Source: Cryomorphaceae bacterium (GTDB taxonomy: Bacteria > Bacteroidota > Bacteroidia > Flavobacteriales > Flavobacteriaceae). From it: a stretch of 64,000 nt of DNA. Positions 45,563 to 55,738 of this stretch are shown piece after piece. Position 1 is the stretch's first letter; each line of letters starts with the position of its first letter. The stretch is from NCBI GenBank assembly GCA_003331265.1, contig QOPV01000001.1, forward strand, positions 54,489 through 118,488, in the 5' to 3' direction. Position numbers and translations under genes: made by a program. The notes beneath the pieces are model-generated. The model searched no databases, was not told the DNA's origin, and saw nothing but the letters and a program-made list of their open reading frames with translations.

Positions 45563-46366
45563 ATGTCTAATAAATTTTATTACTTTTTTTTAATCATTTT
45601 AATTAGTATTTCCTTCTCATGCAATGAATTTCAAAAAGTACTTAAAAATGATGATATTAAAACTAAATATGATATGGCAGAATCATATTATGAAAATCAA
45701 GAATTCCGAAGAGCTAGAAGATTATTTGAACAAATTAAACCAAAATACAGAGGAAAACCACAAGGTGAAAGAATTACTTTTTTTTATGCGAATTGTTTAT
45801 TAAACACCAAAAATTATCTTTTGTCAGCATATGAATTTGAGAGTTTTACAAAAGCTTATCCTTTAAGTGAAAAGGTTGAGGACGCTAATTATTTATCTGC
45901 TTTTTCTTATTATAAACTTTCCCCTGTCCATAGTTTAGATCAAGACGAAACAAATGATGCTGTTGAGAAGCTTCAAGAGTTTATTAATAAATATCCAAAT
46001 TCAGAAAGAATGTCCTCTGCAAATGAATTAGTACAAGAACTTAGAATTAAACTTGAGTTTAAGGCTTTTGAAATTGCTAAACAGTACAATACAATCAGAG
46101 ATTATAAATCAGCAATTATAGTTTTAGATGATTTTATATCAGATTATCCGGGGACTCCTTATAGGGAAGATGCCTTATTTTATTTATTAGATTCATCGTA
46201 TGAACTAGCAATAAATAGTATAGATTCCAAAAAATTAGAAAGATTAAATAACGCAAAAAATATTTATGAGGAGTTGATGGAAGTTTACCCAGAATCAAAA
46301 TATTTAGATAAATCAAATAAATTGTTAAAGACTATCGACTTAGAAATCACTACATTTGCAAACTAA
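45563..46366 (+). CDS. bamD: Outer membrane protein assembly factor BamD (YfiO-like TPR lipoprotein)
   Basis: Lipobox ISISFSCNE and TPR-like repeats. The bamD-omega-coaBC order is typical of flavobacteria (recollected). Confidence 0.72.
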   Translation: MSNKFYYFFLIILISISFSCNEFQKVLKNDDIKTKYDMAESYYENQEFRRARRLFEQIKPKYRGKPQGERITFFYANCLLNTKNYLLSAYEFESFTKAYPLSEKVEDANYLSAFSYYKLSPVHSLDQDETNDAVEKLQEFINKYPNSERMSSANELVQELRIKLEFKAFEIAKQYNTIRDYKSAIIVLDDFISDYPGTPYREDALFYLLDSSYELAINSIDSKKLERLNNAKNIYEELMEVYPESKYLDKSNKLLKTIDLEITTFAN

Positions 46367-46388
46367 ATATTTTATTTAAAAAAAAATC

Positions 46389-46712
46389 ATGGATTTCAAA
46401 AAAACAAGTGCCCCTTTAAATACAATTACTTATGACAGAAATGTAGTTGATGCTAAAACTGACAATATTTACGAAGCTATCTCTATAATTTCTAAAAGAA
46501 CTATTCAAATTAATGAAGATATTAAGAAAGAATTGCTGGATAAATTAGAAGAATTCGCTAGTCCTACGGAAAGTTTAGATGAAATTTTTGAAAATAAAGA
46601 ACAAATAGAGGTTTCTAAATTCTATGAAAAACTTCCAAAAGCTCATGCTATGGCTATAGAAAATTGGTTATTAGAAAAAATATATTATAGAAATACTGAA
46701 ATTAAAGAATAA
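46389..46712 (+). CDS. rpoZ: DNA-directed RNA polymerase omega subunit (Bacteroidetes-type)
   Basis: 107 aa. NIYEAISIISKRTIQIN is omega-like. It sits between bamD and coaBC. Confidence 0.6.
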   Translation: MDFKKTSAPLNTITYDRNVVDAKTDNIYEAISIISKRTIQINEDIKKELLDKLEEFASPTESLDEIFENKEQIEVSKFYEKLPKAHAMAIENWLLEKIYYRNTEIKE

Positions 46713-46714
46713 AG

Positions 46715-47932
46715 ATGTCCATTCTAAATGGAAAAAATATTCTATTAGGTATTTCTGGGGGGATTGCAGCATATAAATCGCCTTTTTTAGTAAGATTATT
46801 AATTAAAAATGGAGCCAATGTTCAGGTTTTAATGACTCCTAGTTCAAAAGACTTTGTTACCCCTTTAACTCTTTCTACTTTATCTAAAAGACCTGTTTTA
46901 TCAGATTTTTTTAATAAGGATAATCAAAATGAACTTTGGAATAATCATGTAGATTTAGCTCTTTGGGCGGATTATTTTATTATTGCACCAGCAACCGCGA
47001 ATACTTTGTCAAAAATGGCATCTGCAAGAGCAGATAATTTATTAATCGCAACCTACCTATCCAGTAAATGTCCTGTTTTTTTTGCTCCTGCTATGGATTT
47101 AGATATGCACAAGAATAAAGCGAATAAATTAAATATTAATAAATTAATTGATTTTGGAAATTTACATATTCCTGTTAACTCTGGCTTTTTAGCTAGCGGA
47201 CTACATGGAGAGGGTAGAATGCAAGAACCCAATGAAATAATTGAGTTTGTTTCATCTAGTATTTTAAAACAAAAAAAACTTTATGGAAAAAAAATTTTAA
47301 TTACGGCTGGACCAACTTATGAGTCAATTGATGCCGTAAGATTTATAGGAAATTTTTCAAGTGGAAAAATGGGTTTTTCTTTAGCGATCACTGCTGCAAA
47401 CTTGGGTGCAGAAGTTTTTTTAGTTACTGGGCCTACAAGTTTAAATATTGAAAATAACATCATTAAGATTTTTAATGTGACAAGTGCTGATGAAATGTTT
47501 AAGAAAACGAGTGAATTATTTTCGGATATGGATATTGCAATTTTTTCTGCTGCTGTTTCAGATTACAAGCCCAAAAAAGCGGTTAAAAACAAAATAAAAA
47601 AAGAAGACAATAGTAATTTAAATATTGAGTTAGTTTCAAATATTGATATTTTAAAGCATGTAGGGAGGATTAAGAAAAAAAATCAATTATTGATAGGTTT
47701 TGCTCTTGAATCCGAAAATGAGATTGATAATGCGATAAATAAATTAAAGAAAAAAAATTTAGATGCCATAGTCTTGAACTCTTTGAACGACCACGGAGCT
47801 GGATTTAATCACGATACAAACAAAATAACATTTATTAACAATAAAAGTGAAATAGTTAAGTTTAAATTAAAAAGTAAACGTGAAGCTTCTAAAGATATTT
47901 TTAATGAAATTATTAAACTAAAAAATGAATAA
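46715..47932 (+). CDS. coaBC: Bifunctional phosphopantothenoylcysteine decarboxylase / phosphopantothenate-cysteine ligase
   Basis: N-terminal flavoprotein domain (GISGGIAAYKS, PATANTLSK) and C-terminal DFP domain (TAGPTYESIDAVRFIGNFSSGKMG). Confidence 0.9.
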   Translation: MSILNGKNILLGISGGIAAYKSPFLVRLLIKNGANVQVLMTPSSKDFVTPLTLSTLSKRPVLSDFFNKDNQNELWNNHVDLALWADYFIIAPATANTLSKMASARADNLLIATYLSSKCPVFFAPAMDLDMHKNKANKLNINKLIDFGNLHIPVNSGFLASGLHGEGRMQEPNEIIEFVSSSILKQKKLYGKKILITAGPTYESIDAVRFIGNFSSGKMGFSLAITAANLGAEVFLVTGPTSLNIENNIIKIFNVTSADEMFKKTSELFSDMDIAIFSAAVSDYKPKKAVKNKIKKEDNSNLNIELVSNIDILKHVGRIKKKNQLLIGFALESENEIDNAINKLKKKNLDAIVLNSLNDHGAGFNHDTNKITFINNKSEIVKFKLKSKREASKDIFNEIIKLKNE

Positions 47933-48818
47933 ATCAATTGTTTTTCTCTTAATATTTTCTTTTCAAATTAATTTTTCACAAGAAATTGATTGTACTGTTA
48001 TTGTTAATTCTGATCAAATTAATCAAACAAACAAATCAGTGTTTTCTAATTTAGAAAAATCTATATCAACTTTTATTAATTTCAATTCTTGGTCAGAAAA
48101 CACTTTGTTAAATCATGAAAAAATTGATTTGAATTTATTAATCACAATTATTTCAAACTCAGATAATAAATTTGTTGCAAATTTTGAATTTCAATCATTG
48201 AGACCTGTACTAAATTCAACATACCAAACACCTTTATTTAATTTTATAGATAAAAATGTTGAATTTACTTATGAAGAATTCGAAACTCTTTTTTTTGTTG
48301 AAAATAAATTTCAGTCTGATTTGGTATCGTTATTATCTTATTATATTAATATTGTTTATGGATTAGATAAAGATAGTTTTGTATCTAACTCAGGTACTAT
48401 TTTTTATAACAAAGCTCAACAAATATTAAATCTCGCTAATCAAGGTACTTCTTCGGCCAATTGGCAGTCTAGTAGTTCTGGAGGAAGAATTAATAAGTTT
48501 TGGTTAATAGAAAATCTAAATTCCTCTAATTCTAAAGAATTTAGAGATATGATATTTTCTTATCACAGTAATGGTTTAGATTTAATGTATGATAATAAAT
48601 TATTGTCTAAGAAAAACATTTCATCTTCAATAGTCTCTTTAGAAAGAATGAATAGAAGGGTTCCAAACTCTATTTTACTAAAAATTTTTTTTGAAACTAA
48701 ATCAGATGAAATTAGAGATATTTTCTCAGCTGGTCCTGATTTAGAAACAACTAACCTTTATAATCAATTAAACAGATTAGCCCCTTTCTTTTCAAATAAG
48801 TGGGCTAATATTAGGTGA
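47925..48818 (+). CDS. DUF4835-family protein (annotated in some genomes as T9SS-associated PorD; from memory)
   Basis: Signal peptide. The start QEIDCTVIVNSDQI... and the position between coaBC and recN are typical of the DUF4835 family. Confidence 0.5.
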   Translation: MNKSIVFLLIFSFQINFSQEIDCTVIVNSDQINQTNKSVFSNLEKSISTFINFNSWSENTLLNHEKIDLNLLITIISNSDNKFVANFEFQSLRPVLNSTYQTPLFNFIDKNVEFTYEEFETLFFVENKFQSDLVSLLSYYINIVYGLDKDSFVSNSGTIFYNKAQQILNLANQGTSSANWQSSSSGGRINKFWLIENLNSSNSKEFRDMIFSYHSNGLDLMYDNKLLSKKNISSSIVSLERMNRRVPNSILLKIFFETKSDEIRDIFSAGPDLETTNLYNQLNRLAPFFSNKWANIR

Positions 48819-48824
48819 TTAGAA

Positions 48825-48857
48825 TTTGGAATCATCCAATAAACTAGGTTATATTTG
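48825..48857 (+). promoter_or_regulatory. Bacteroidetes-type promoter candidate for recN (TTTG-N21-TATATTTG)
   Basis: TTTG at 48825-48828 and TATATTTG at 48850-48857. The -7 box ends 17 nt before the TTG start of recN. Confidence 0.35.
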
Positions 48858-48874
48858 ATTCAAATATTATTATT

Positions 48875-50527
48875 TTGCTCACTAAAGTCTCAATAAAAAA
48901 TTTTGCATTAATAGACTCGTTAGAAATTGATTTTTTAAGTGGATTTTCAACAATAACTGGAGATACGGGTTCTGGTAAATCAATTTTGTTAAATGCTCTA
49001 TCATTAATTATTGGAAAACGTGCTGATCATAATTTGCTAAAAAACGATAAATTAAAATGCATTATTGAAGCAGAATTTAATTTATCTAATTATAATTTAA
49101 ATAAAATATTTAAACAAAATGACTTAGATTATTTTCAGCATTCTATTTTACGAAGAGAAGTTCTTCCGAACGGGAAATCTAGATCTTTTGTAAACGATAC
49201 CCCTGTTAACCTGGATATTATGAGATCTATTGGAGAAAAGTTAATTGATATACATACTCAAAATCAATCGTTAATTCTTTCAAATGATCAATTCTTTTTT
49301 TCACTTATTGACAGTCTGTCAGAACAACAAAATATTGTAAATAATTTTTCTCATAATTTGATTCTTTTCAAGGAACTAAATAATGAGTTAGAGAAATTAA
49401 ATAGATTAAATGTTAGTTTACAAAATGATTATGATTATAATGATTTTCTTTTAAATGAACTTTCAAGCGCTGAACTTTGTATAGATGAACAAAATAATTT
49501 AGAAGAAAATCTAAAGGCTTTAAAAAATTCCGAAGAAATATTAAATTCTTTACACCAAATTGACAATTTAATACAAAATGATTCTAATTGTATTGAAAAT
49601 CAAATAAGAAATTTAAATTTTATATTAAGTAATATATCTAAGTACTCCAATAAATACTCCGATATTAAAAATAGAGTTGAAAGCATTTTAATTGAGTTGG
49701 ATGATATTAAATTAGAATTAAGAGATTCTTCCTCAGAATTTAATAATAATCCTTTGAAATCAGAAGAGATGGAATCTAGATTAAATTTAATATATAGTTT
49801 ACAAAAAAAACATTCTGTTAATTCAGTCTCTGATTTATTAGATGTTCAAAATAATTTACAAAAAAAATTAGATGATAATGATAGTATTGGAATAGATATT
49901 GAAAATTTAAAAAATGAAATTTTAATAAAAGAATCTTTGTTAAAAGAACTATCTAAAAAGATTTCGATTTCAAGAAAAAAAATATTACCAAATTTAAAAA
50001 TAGAGATTGAATCTATATTAAGTACTTTAGGAATGGAGAACTCTTCTTTTATTTTTAATTTAAAAAAATCTGAAAATTATAATAAATATGGGAACGATTT
50101 GATTGAGGTCTTGTTCTCAGCTAATAAAGGAATAGATTTCTCTCCAATTTTTAAAGTTGTTTCAGGTGGGGAACTCTCCAGAATTCTTTTATCAATTAAA
50201 TCTATATTATCTGATCATTTAAATTTACCAACAATGATTTTTGATGAAATTGATACTGGAATTTCCGGTGAAATGTCAAATGCAATGGCTAACTTAATGT
50301 TAAAGATGAGTAAAAAAATGCAAATAATTTCAATAACTCATCTTCCTCAAATTGCTGCGAAAGGGGAACATCATTTTAATGTTTACAAATATGAAAAATT
50401 GGGTACAACAAACACTAAAATAAAAAAATTAAATAATGATGAAAGGGTAGAAGAGATCGCTAAAATGCTTTCCGGCGATCAAATATCTTCTTCTGCTTTA
50501 ACTCATGCAAAGGAGTTATTAAATTAA
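48875..50527 (+). CDS. recN: DNA repair protein RecN
   Basis: TTG start giving MLTKVSIKNFALIDSLEIDF. Walker A GDTGSGKSILL, long coiled coil, signature SGGELSR, and Walker B MIFDEIDTG. Confidence 0.9.
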   Translation: MLTKVSIKNFALIDSLEIDFLSGFSTITGDTGSGKSILLNALSLIIGKRADHNLLKNDKLKCIIEAEFNLSNYNLNKIFKQNDLDYFQHSILRREVLPNGKSRSFVNDTPVNLDIMRSIGEKLIDIHTQNQSLILSNDQFFFSLIDSLSEQQNIVNNFSHNLILFKELNNELEKLNRLNVSLQNDYDYNDFLLNELSSAELCIDEQNNLEENLKALKNSEEILNSLHQIDNLIQNDSNCIENQIRNLNFILSNISKYSNKYSDIKNRVESILIELDDIKLELRDSSSEFNNNPLKSEEMESRLNLIYSLQKKHSVNSVSDLLDVQNNLQKKLDDNDSIGIDIENLKNEILIKESLLKELSKKISISRKKILPNLKIEIESILSTLGMENSSFIFNLKKSENYNKYGNDLIEVLFSANKGIDFSPIFKVVSGGELSRILLSIKSILSDHLNLPTMIFDEIDTGISGEMSNAMANLMLKMSKKMQIISITHLPQIAAKGEHHFNVYKYEKLGTTNTKIKKLNNDERVEEIAKMLSGDQISSSALTHAKELLN

Positions 50528-50541
50528 ACTAAATTAATATT

Positions 50542-51366
50542 ATGTCATACAATCTTTTGAAAGGAAAAAAAGGAATTATTTTTGGAGCATTAGATGAGAA
50601 TTCAATTGCGTGGAAAACTGCCGAAAGAGTTTTCGAAGAAGGTGGAGAATTTGTTCTTACAAATGCACCAATTGCACTAAGGATGGGTAATGTAGATGAA
50701 TTGGCTAAAAAAACTAATTCAAAACTTATTGCTGCTGATGCAACTAAATTAGATGATCTTGAAAATTTAATAAATCAAACTACAGAACTTTTTAATGGAA
50801 AAATTGATTTTGTATTACATTCCATAGGAATGTCTGTCAATGTGAGAAAAGGAAAACATTATACAGATTTAAATCATGATTGGATGGGAAAAGGATGGGA
50901 TGTTTCGGCTGTTTCTTTTCATAAGTTACTTCAGAGTTTATATAAACTGGATGCAATGAACGAATGGTCTAGTATTGTAGCTTTAAGTTATATGGCTGCG
51001 CAGAGAGTTTTTCCTAATTATAATGATATGGCTGATAATAAAGCTTATTTGGAATCCATAGCTAGAAGTTTTGGTTATTTTTTTGGTAAAGAAAAAAAAG
51101 TTAGAGTAAATACAATTTCTCAATCTCCTACACCTACCACAGCAGGACAAGGTGTTAAAGGTTTTGATGGATTTATAACTTATGCTGAAAAAATGTCTCC
51201 TTTAGGAAATGCATCTGCGTTGGATTGTGCAAACTATACCGTTACCTTATTTTCTGATTTAACTAAAAGAGTTACTCTCCAAAATTTATATAATGATGGG
51301 GGCTTTTCAAACGTTGGAGTAAGTCAAGAAATTATTGATATTATTTCCACCTCCGACGAATCTTGA
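50542..51366 (+). CDS. fabI: Enoyl-ACP reductase (FabI-type SDR)
   Basis: LKGKKGIIFGALDENSIAW at the N-terminus. The Tyr/Lys catalytic region is LSYMAAQRVFPNYNDMADNKAYLES. 274 aa. Confidence 0.72.
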   Translation: MSYNLLKGKKGIIFGALDENSIAWKTAERVFEEGGEFVLTNAPIALRMGNVDELAKKTNSKLIAADATKLDDLENLINQTTELFNGKIDFVLHSIGMSVNVRKGKHYTDLNHDWMGKGWDVSAVSFHKLLQSLYKLDAMNEWSSIVALSYMAAQRVFPNYNDMADNKAYLESIARSFGYFFGKEKKVRVNTISQSPTPTTAGQGVKGFDGFITYAEKMSPLGNASALDCANYTVTLFSDLTKRVTLQNLYNDGGFSNVGVSQEIIDIISTSDES

Positions 51367-51447
51367 CAATTAATACTTTTTAAATTTGGATTGATTAAGT
51401 CATTTTGCAATAATTTGCTTTAAAATCAGTTACTTTAATTATTTAAA

Positions 51448-52044
51448 ATGAAAAATATTGGTCTTACTGGGGGGATTGGATCTGGAAAATCAACTGTTTC
51501 TAGGATATTGGTTAATCGTGGAATCCCAGTTTATAATTCTGATTATAAAGCTAAATTATTAATGGATTCTTCTATTGAACTAAAAGAAATGATAATTAAT
51601 CATTTTGGAAAGAATTCATATTTAAATAATAGATTAAATAAAAATTATATTTCTAACATTATTTTTAATGATCATTTAGAATTACATAAAATTAATTCAA
51701 TGGTACATCCATTTGTGTTTAATGATTTTAATAAATGGAAAAAAAATTTGATTTCTAAATATGTTATTTTTGAATCTGCTATTATATTTGAAACAGGATC
51801 ATATAAAAAGAATGATTTTAATATTTTGGTCATTTCAGATATAAAAGAAAGGATCAAAAGGGTAGTAAAAAGAGATGGTGTCAATGAAAAAGATGTAAGA
51901 ATTCGGATTAATAATCAGTGGAGCGATGACAAGAAAATTCCTTTGTCAGATTATATCTTTAATAATAATATTTCTTTAAATGACAATAAAAAAAATGTTA
52001 TTAAAATGATTAAAGTTATCGATGAAGAGTTAAATTTTTTGTAA
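51448..52044 (+). CDS. coaE: Dephospho-CoA kinase
   Basis: IGLTGGIGSGKSTV P-loop, 198 aa, with CoaE-like layout. Confidence 0.85.
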   Translation: MKNIGLTGGIGSGKSTVSRILVNRGIPVYNSDYKAKLLMDSSIELKEMIINHFGKNSYLNNRLNKNYISNIIFNDHLELHKINSMVHPFVFNDFNKWKKNLISKYVIFESAIIFETGSYKKNDFNILVISDIKERIKRVVKRDGVNEKDVRIRINNQWSDDKKIPLSDYIFNNNISLNDNKKNVIKMIKVIDEELNFL

Positions 52045-52053
52045 ATATTAAAA

Positions 52054-53640
52054 ATGAATAAGAAGATATACTTTACATTAGTTTTTATAATGAGCGTGGC
52101 TCTTGTTGGAATTATCTTAGTTCAATCTTTTTGGATAAAAACAACATTAGACAATAAAGAAGAGCAGTTTTCTTTAAATATTAATCAAGCTTTAAAATCG
52201 GTTTCTGAACAAATTCAAGGCAGGGAATTAAGAGATTATTTAGCTGTGTATCAAAAGTTAGTAGACAGCATAGGCTCCCCAAAAGAGTCACAATTAACTG
52301 CTGTTTTTAAATATGTTGATAGAAATCAAAACACTAATCAAACTTATATTTATTCTCATGGGATTTTAGAAGAAGATTATAATATTTCAGCTAAATTATT
52401 TGAGCCTAAGTCTAATGATTCTAGTTCCATTCTAGATTATAAGGGAATAAAAACCACAACCATAATTGATGAAGCTTTTGACAGAGAAATGAAGAATATG
52501 AGCAGCATTGAAAGACTTCAGAGAGTTGAAAGATTATCTCTGATGGATAAGGCAAAATATTCATCTATTTTTATGGAACTTGCTGCTTTAAAACCTATTC
52601 ACAGAAGGTTAACTAATGTAGAATTAGAGCTTTTATTACAAAGAGAGCTAAGAGATAGAGATATAACAATACCTTTTCAGTATCGCGTATTCAATGGAGA
52701 TTTCGCTACTAAAGTGGGTTCTGATAATTATACAAACTTGGAGGGTTTAAAGAAGTATAAATCACCATTATTTGTTAATGAAAAAGGGGATAGTGATTTT
52801 GAATTAGTTATTGCATTTCCTGAGAGAAAATTGTACTTAAGATCGTCTTTAACCAACTTGATTCTTTTATCTTTATTATTCACTTTAACAATAATAATAA
52901 CTTTTTCATCAACTATATATCATTTTTTAAAACAAAAGAAAGTTTCTGAAATAAAATCAGATTTTATCAATAATATGACACATGAATTTAAAACTCCTAT
53001 CGCCACAATAAAGCTTGCGTTAGATGCGATAAATAATGATAAAATTCAGAATGATTTAATAAAAAGAAAAAAATATTTAAAAATGATTAGTGATGAGAAC
53101 GAAAGAATGAATTCTCAAGTAGAAAATGTTTTAAGAATTTCACAACTTGAGAGAAAAGAAAATATTTTAAAGAAATCTTTATGTGATATACATGATATAA
53201 TTGAAAAAGCAATTTCTCATTTAGGTTTATTGTTAAAAGAAAGAAATGTTAACGTATCAATGAATTTTTCATCAAATAGTTCAAAACTCCAACTTTCAAA
53301 AGAAAACTTTTTTAATGTTTTTGTTAATATTTTAGAAAATGCCATTAAGTATTCTGATCAAAATCCTGAAATTAATATTAAGACATATGATTTAAAAGAT
53401 TTTATAATAATTAAGATAAACGATAATGGTATGGGTATGAACACAAACGTAAAAGATAAAATATTTCAAAAATTTTACAGAGAAACAAAAGGAGATGTAC
53501 ACAATGTTAAAGGCCATGGTTTAGGATTGTCTTACGTTAAAAAAATATTGGATTTACATAATGGCACAATTTATGTTGATAGTGAGTTAGGTGTAGGTAG
53601 TACCTTCACTGTAAGTCTTCCGATCAAAAACAAAATTTAA
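52054..53640 (+). CDS. Sensor histidine kinase
   Basis: Two TM helices flank a domain of about 250 aa outside the membrane. H-box NMTHEFKTPIATI, N-box ENAIKY, G-boxes DNGMGM and GHGLGLS. Confidence 0.82.
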   Translation: MNKKIYFTLVFIMSVALVGIILVQSFWIKTTLDNKEEQFSLNINQALKSVSEQIQGRELRDYLAVYQKLVDSIGSPKESQLTAVFKYVDRNQNTNQTYIYSHGILEEDYNISAKLFEPKSNDSSSILDYKGIKTTTIIDEAFDREMKNMSSIERLQRVERLSLMDKAKYSSIFMELAALKPIHRRLTNVELELLLQRELRDRDITIPFQYRVFNGDFATKVGSDNYTNLEGLKKYKSPLFVNEKGDSDFELVIAFPERKLYLRSSLTNLILLSLLFTLTIIITFSSTIYHFLKQKKVSEIKSDFINNMTHEFKTPIATIKLALDAINNDKIQNDLIKRKKYLKMISDENERMNSQVENVLRISQLERKENILKKSLCDIHDIIEKAISHLGLLLKERNVNVSMNFSSNSSKLQLSKENFFNVFVNILENAIKYSDQNPEINIKTYDLKDFIIIKINDNGMGMNTNVKDKIFQKFYRETKGDVHNVKGHGLGLSYVKKILDLHNGTIYVDSELGVGSTFTVSLPIKNKI

Positions 53641-53644
53641 TAAT

Positions 53645-54346
53645 ATGAAAAGTAATCTAAAAAACATTTTATTAGTTGAAGATGATCTTAATTTTGGAGC
53701 TATTTTGAATGATTTTTTAAATCTTCACTCATATAATGTAGTATTAGCTAAAAACGGAATTGAGGGTTTAGAAAAATTCAAAAAAAATGAATTTGGGTTA
53801 TGTATATTAGATGTTATGCTGCCTTTTAAGGATGGATTTACTTTAGCTAAAGAAATAAGAGAAATAGATAAAAATGTTCCTTTGTTTTTTTTAACAGCAA
53901 AATCTTTAAAAGATGATGTGTTGAAAGGTTATAAATTAGGAGCTGATGATTATTTGACTAAACCTTTTGATTCTGATATTTTACTATTGAAAATAAAATC
54001 TATTTTTAAGAGAAAAAAACTCATTTCGACTAAACAGAATATAAAATTTGAATTTCAATTTGCAAATTTCAATTTCAATTCTAAGTTAAGAACCTTACAA
54101 TTTAAGAAGGATTCAGCTGTTAAGTTATCACCAAAAGAAAATGAATTATTAAAGATGCTTTTGAATCATTTGAATGACCTAATGCCAAGAGAATTAGCTT
54201 TGGTTAAAATATGGAATGATGATAATTATTTCACATCTAGAAGTATGGATGTATACATCGCAAAAATTAGAAAATATTTAAGTAAAGATTCTAGAATTGA
54301 AATTGAGAATATTCATGGAGAAGGATTTAGGATGATTGTAAAATAA
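53645..54346 (+). CDS. OmpR-family response regulator
   Basis: Receiver domain (ILLVEDD, LCILDVMLP, LTAK) and a winged-helix output domain (LSPKENELLKML ... MDVYIAKIRKYL). Confidence 0.87.
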   Translation: MKSNLKNILLVEDDLNFGAILNDFLNLHSYNVVLAKNGIEGLEKFKKNEFGLCILDVMLPFKDGFTLAKEIREIDKNVPLFFLTAKSLKDDVLKGYKLGADDYLTKPFDSDILLLKIKSIFKRKKLISTKQNIKFEFQFANFNFNSKLRTLQFKKDSAVKLSPKENELLKMLLNHLNDLMPRELALVKIWNDDNYFTSRSMDVYIAKIRKYLSKDSRIEIENIHGEGFRMIVK

Positions 54347-54350
54347 TAGT

Positions 54351-55253
54351 TTATTTTTTTGTTCTGGGATGAAATTTCATCATTGAATCAATTAAATGTT
54401 TTTTATTAACATGTAAATATCTTTCTGTTGTTGTGATACTTTCATGTCCCATCATTTTTTGAATAGTTAATAAGTCAGCCCCATTTTCGATCAAATGAGT
54501 TGCAAATGAATGCCTAAGAGTATGTGGTCCTATTTTTTTATTAATATTCGATTCTTTTTTTAATTTCTTAATAATTATAAAAATCATTGTTCTAGAAAGA
54601 TTTGTTCCTCGTTCATTTAAAAAAAGTGTATCCTCAAAACCTTTTTTAATTTTGTGGAAAGACCTTACTTCTGTAATGTAATTATTGATATAAATTTGAG
54701 ATTGATTACTAATTGGAACGAATCGTTCCTTATTTCCCTTTCCAGTTACTTTGATCAATGATTCTTTAAAAAATAAGTCTGAAACTTTTAGATTAATGAG
54801 TTCGGACACTCTCAAGCCACAGCTATACAATAATTCAATTATTGCAATATTTCTTAAACCTGTTTTTGATTTTAAAGAAATATAAGAGATGATTTCATCA
54901 ATTTCCTCAATTGTCAAAGTGGTAGGAAGATTCACTCCTATTTTTGGAGTTTCAATATTTTTAATTGGATTGGTTTCCAGATATTCCTCTAAAATCAAAT
55001 AATCGTAAAACCTTCTAATTCCTGAAATAACCCTAGCTTGTGTAGGGGGTTTGATTTTTTTAGAAATATCATAAATAAATTTTTTTATAATTTCTGAAGT
55101 TAATTCTTTAGGGCTATTTTTAATTTTATGCTTATCTAAAAATTTAATTAATTTTCTAACATCAAATAAATAACTTTCAATTGTATTTAATGATAAGTTT
55201 CTTTCTATTTTAAGATAGTTTTTAAAATCATTAAGTGCCTTTTCCCATTTCAT
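54351..55253 (-). CDS. xerD: Site-specific tyrosine recombinase XerD-like
   Basis: RNIAIIELLYSCGLRVSEL, HTLRHSFATHL and GHESITTTERYLH catalytic motifs. It sits next to aroQ, as in many flavobacteria. Confidence 0.8.
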   Translation of the reverse strand: MKWEKALNDFKNYLKIERNLSLNTIESYLFDVRKLIKFLDKHKIKNSPKELTSEIIKKFIYDISKKIKPPTQARVISGIRRFYDYLILEEYLETNPIKNIETPKIGVNLPTTLTIEEIDEIISYISLKSKTGLRNIAIIELLYSCGLRVSELINLKVSDLFFKESLIKVTGKGNKERFVPISNQSQIYINNYITEVRSFHKIKKGFEDTLFLNERGTNLSRTMIFIIIKKLKKESNINKKIGPHTLRHSFATHLIENGADLLTIQKMMGHESITTTERYLHVNKKHLIDSMMKFHPRTKK

Positions 55254-55321
55254 AAATTTCTTTGTAAAGAAATAATTTATAGATTAAATTTTATATTTAT
55301 ATTTTTAAAAAAATATTTTTA

Positions 55322-55738
55322 ATGAAATTACAAATTATTAATGGTCCTAATTTAAATTTATTAGGTACAAGAGAAAAAAATATTTACGGTAACCAAAATT
55401 TTAATGAATATTTTAAAAACTTGAAGTCTAATTTTAAGAGTATTGATTTACATTATTTTCAATCAAATATTGAGGGCGAATTAATTGATAAAATTCAACA
55501 AGTTGGATTTGATTTTGACGGAATTATTATAAATGCTGCTGCTTATACACATACCTCTGTTGGTATTGGTGATGCTATAAGGTCAATAAGTTCCCCAGTA
55601 ATTGAGGTTCATATATCTAACACTTATTCTCGTGAAGAATATAGGCACAAATCATTTTTAAGTGCTCATGTAAAAGGTATTATTCTAGGTTTTGGTTTAA
55701 AAAGTTATGATTTAGCTATTTCAAGTTTTCTAGATTAG
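55322..55738 (+). CDS. aroQ: Type II 3-dehydroquinate dehydratase
   Basis: IINGPNLNLLGTREKNIYG, NAAAYTHTSVGIGDA and EVHISN motifs. Confidence 0.92.
   Translation: MKLQIINGPNLNLLGTREKNIYGNQNFNEYFKNLKSNFKSIDLHYFQSNIEGELIDKIQQVGFDFDGIIINAAAYTHTSVGIGDAIRSISSPVIEVHISNTYSREEYRHKSFLSAHVKGIILGFGLKSYDLAISSFLD

Noticed and set aside
54351-55253. Tyrosine recombinase as a possible integrase marking a mobile element or island
   Set aside because: The motifs and size fit chromosomal XerD. It sits between a housekeeping two-component system and aroQ, with 4-nt and 68-nt gaps. No flanking direct repeats, tRNA target, or phage or transposon genes are present.
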